Positions 62,090 to 64,000 of a DNA stretch of 64,000 bases are shown here, in pieces. Position numbers and translations under genes: made by a program. How positions within the stretch are numbered: position 1 is the first letter of the stretch; each line of letters opens with the position of its first letter. Source of the stretch: Tricharina praecox (lineage: Eukaryota); the NCBI RefSeq assembly GCF_024521635.1, contig NW_026250407.1:1178001-1242000 (forward strand), read 5' to 3'. The notes below the pieces were generated by a model. That model was not told the DNA's origin. It did no database searches and saw only the letters and a program-made list of their open reading frames with translations.

Positions 62090-63016
62090 CTACACCTCCG
62101 GATTCCCGCCCCGCGCCCTCCCCACCAGATTCCTTGTCGTGACCCAGGCCTGGGCGGCAGTGGCAGCAGCCCACTCGCTCCACGCCTGCTTGACGACTCT
62201 CTCATCGCCATCGCCGCCCTCACCCACATCGAGCACGTCTCCCGCCACGCTCTCCATGCGGCCCTTAACGTATCCACCCACGCGTCTCCATAGCCAGACG
62301 AAGAAGTTTGCGACGCCGAGGGCAATAACGATCCACGTGAGCCTGCTGACCCTCTCCCTGCCGCCGAGATTCCCACTCGCGCGCATATTCAGCCAGCTGC
62401 TTGGGCCGACGATGTACATGACCTTTGCGAAGCCGAGGAGGCCCAGGCTCGCCAGGCCGCGCAGGAAGTGTTCCGCCCAGCCGCCGCGGGGGACGGGGAG
62501 CTCCAGGTTGTCGGGGACGTCGACTAGGTACGTAGCGAGTATGGGACCGGAGACGTAGCCGAGTAGCCACACGATCAGCAGCAGGAGTACGCTGGTCGCG
62601 AGGAAGGTCGTGGACGTGCTTGTAAGCCACGACGCGTAGTTCAGCCGTGATAGCCGGTATGGGTACTTGCATGTCGGGCAGGTGTAGGAGGCGGTGCGCG
62701 ATGTCGCGCGCCAGGTTTGTAGGCAGACGGTGTGCACGTAGCGCGAGCTGCCGCGGCAGACGCAGGGGGAGAAGAGACGGCCGAGCTCGGGGGAGGGCTC
62801 GTACGGTGGCGCAGACGTGTCGAAGCAGATTCGGCACTTGCGCAGCAGGTCGTCGTCGGTGGCGGTGGTGTTGGGCGGGCGACGCGGGCTCGGGGTGCGC
62901 GCCGGGCGTGGCGGCTCGGGCTCGTCTTCCACCGTTGGGCTCCGGTAGCTGGTGAAGCGGAAGCTGGCTTGCTCCGGTGTCGGGACGAAGGCGCTGCTGG
63001 CCGCAGATGGGTCCAT
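62090..63016 (-). CDS. RING-CH (RINGv, MARCH-like) membrane E3 ubiquitin ligase-like protein
   Basis: CRIC...SPCVCRGSSRYVHTVCLQTWR...CPTC (C4HC3) followed by about three hydrophobic segments; start at MDPS assumed. Confidence 0.88.
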   Translation of the reverse strand: MDPSAASSAFVPTPEQASFRFTSYRSPTVEDEPEPPRPARTPSPRRPPNTTATDDDLLRKCRICFDTSAPPYEPSPELGRLFSPCVCRGSSRYVHTVCLQTWRATSRTASYTCPTCKYPYRLSRLNYASWLTSTSTTFLATSVLLLLIVWLLGYVSGPILATYLVDVPDNLELPVPRGGWAEHFLRGLASLGLLGFAKVMYIVGPSSWLNMRASGNLGGRERVSRLTWIVIALGVANFFVWLWRRVGGYVKGRMESVAGDVLDVGEGGDGDERVVKQAWSEWAAATAAQAWVTTRNLVGRARGGNPEV

Positions 63017-64000
63017 CGTGATGGGTGCGGAGGTGGAGGGGCTGGGGAACCGGGAGAGATTAGAGAGATGTTGGGTGGTGGTCGTGGGAGGTGGTGGTTG
63101 TGGCGGTGGTGGTGGTGGAGGTGGGGGGGGGGTTGACGTTGAATGGAGCTGTGCTGTAGGGGGAAGTGCTAAAGACACTGGTGGCACCTACATACGTCCT
63201 ACCTACATACATATGATTCATGCTTACCCCAGGCTACTTTGGTGATGCTCGCGCTTCAGAGACCCACAGATCGTACACCGCCGACGAGCCGACACCTGGT
63301 GATGTTTTAGCGGCGTCTGTAGAACTCCATAAACGAGATGAACCATGCTCGCTTTTAATTCCAGAACTTCCATCCAGGTTTCCCCATTCCCCAGACTTGT
63401 GCTCCATATCTATCCGCTCATCCTCCTCCTCCTGCTCCTCCCCCTCCTCCTCCTCCATCATCCGCCCGTCCCACTACTCCCACTCTACTCAGACCAGCTT
63501 CTCCTCCCTTACGATCCACTTGATCCCTCACGATCACCGGTATCATGTACTCCATTCTACTTCAGCCCTCGCCGACACACCAAAGTGGCCATCTCCCAAG
63601 CCTTCTTGGAGCACAGCTTGCCCAGCATAGCTGCGCTTCGGATTCGGGCCTTCCGGTAAAGAAAGAATGCGAAGAAAGAAAGGCCACAACCACCACCACA
63701 ACCACTCCCACCACCCATCCCTCCCACCTGGCACCACCTGTTTGGGTTCGCAGTCTATTCGCCCTCGCATTTCCAATGCCATTAGTATTTTCTGGCTGTC
63801 AATCACCGCAACAACAACACCCCATCGGTGATCTCTTCCGTTTGTAGAGACAATAGTTCTTTTTCCCCTCGGATGGTTCTTTCGATTACTCTTCCTTCGA
63901 CTGCGCTTCTACACCGACATCAATCGATCCATCACCACCCTGCCGACCCCTCTCGCTTCGCCGTCGCCGTCTGCACTGCGGTAATCTAATCAGCAGCCTG

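Noticed and set aside
63220..64000. Short Ser/His-rich ORFs at the window end
   Set aside because: Low-complexity pyrimidine-rich sequence, more likely the promoter or 5' leader of a gene beyond the window

Overview
Eukaryotic, intron-rich genomic DNA from a filamentous ascomycete (short GT-AG introns with CTRAC/CTAAC-type branch points; Pezizomycotina, possibly Pezizomycetes, by inference). About 18 protein-coding genes can be built from the sequence. From left to right: a secreted CBM18+CE4 chitin/polysaccharide deacetylase, an AT-hook/polyQ protein, an AKAP7-like 2H phosphoesterase, a likely mitochondrial membrane protein, an Stc1-domain protein, dipeptidyl peptidase III, a METTL7-like methyltransferase, SDH8 and DPH1 (divergent), a Cys/His-rich hypothetical, an IME2-family kinase preceded by about 10 kb of apparently gene-free DNA, an orphan basic/acidic protein preceded by nested tandem duplications, a sugar/polyol MFS transporter, a small 4-TM protein, an UNC-93-like MFS transporter, a divergent betaine aldehyde dehydrogenase/choline oxidase pair (both ending in PTS1), cytochrome c and a RING-CH ligase. 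No tRNA, rRNA, CRISPR array or intact transposon was recognised. The best leads are the apparently peroxisomal glycine-betaine module and its neighbouring transporter, competing hairpins in cytochrome c intron 1, the orphan locus at 40.4-43.4 kb, and the regulatory region upstream of IME2. All calls come from reading the sequence by eye; no searches or folding programs were run.
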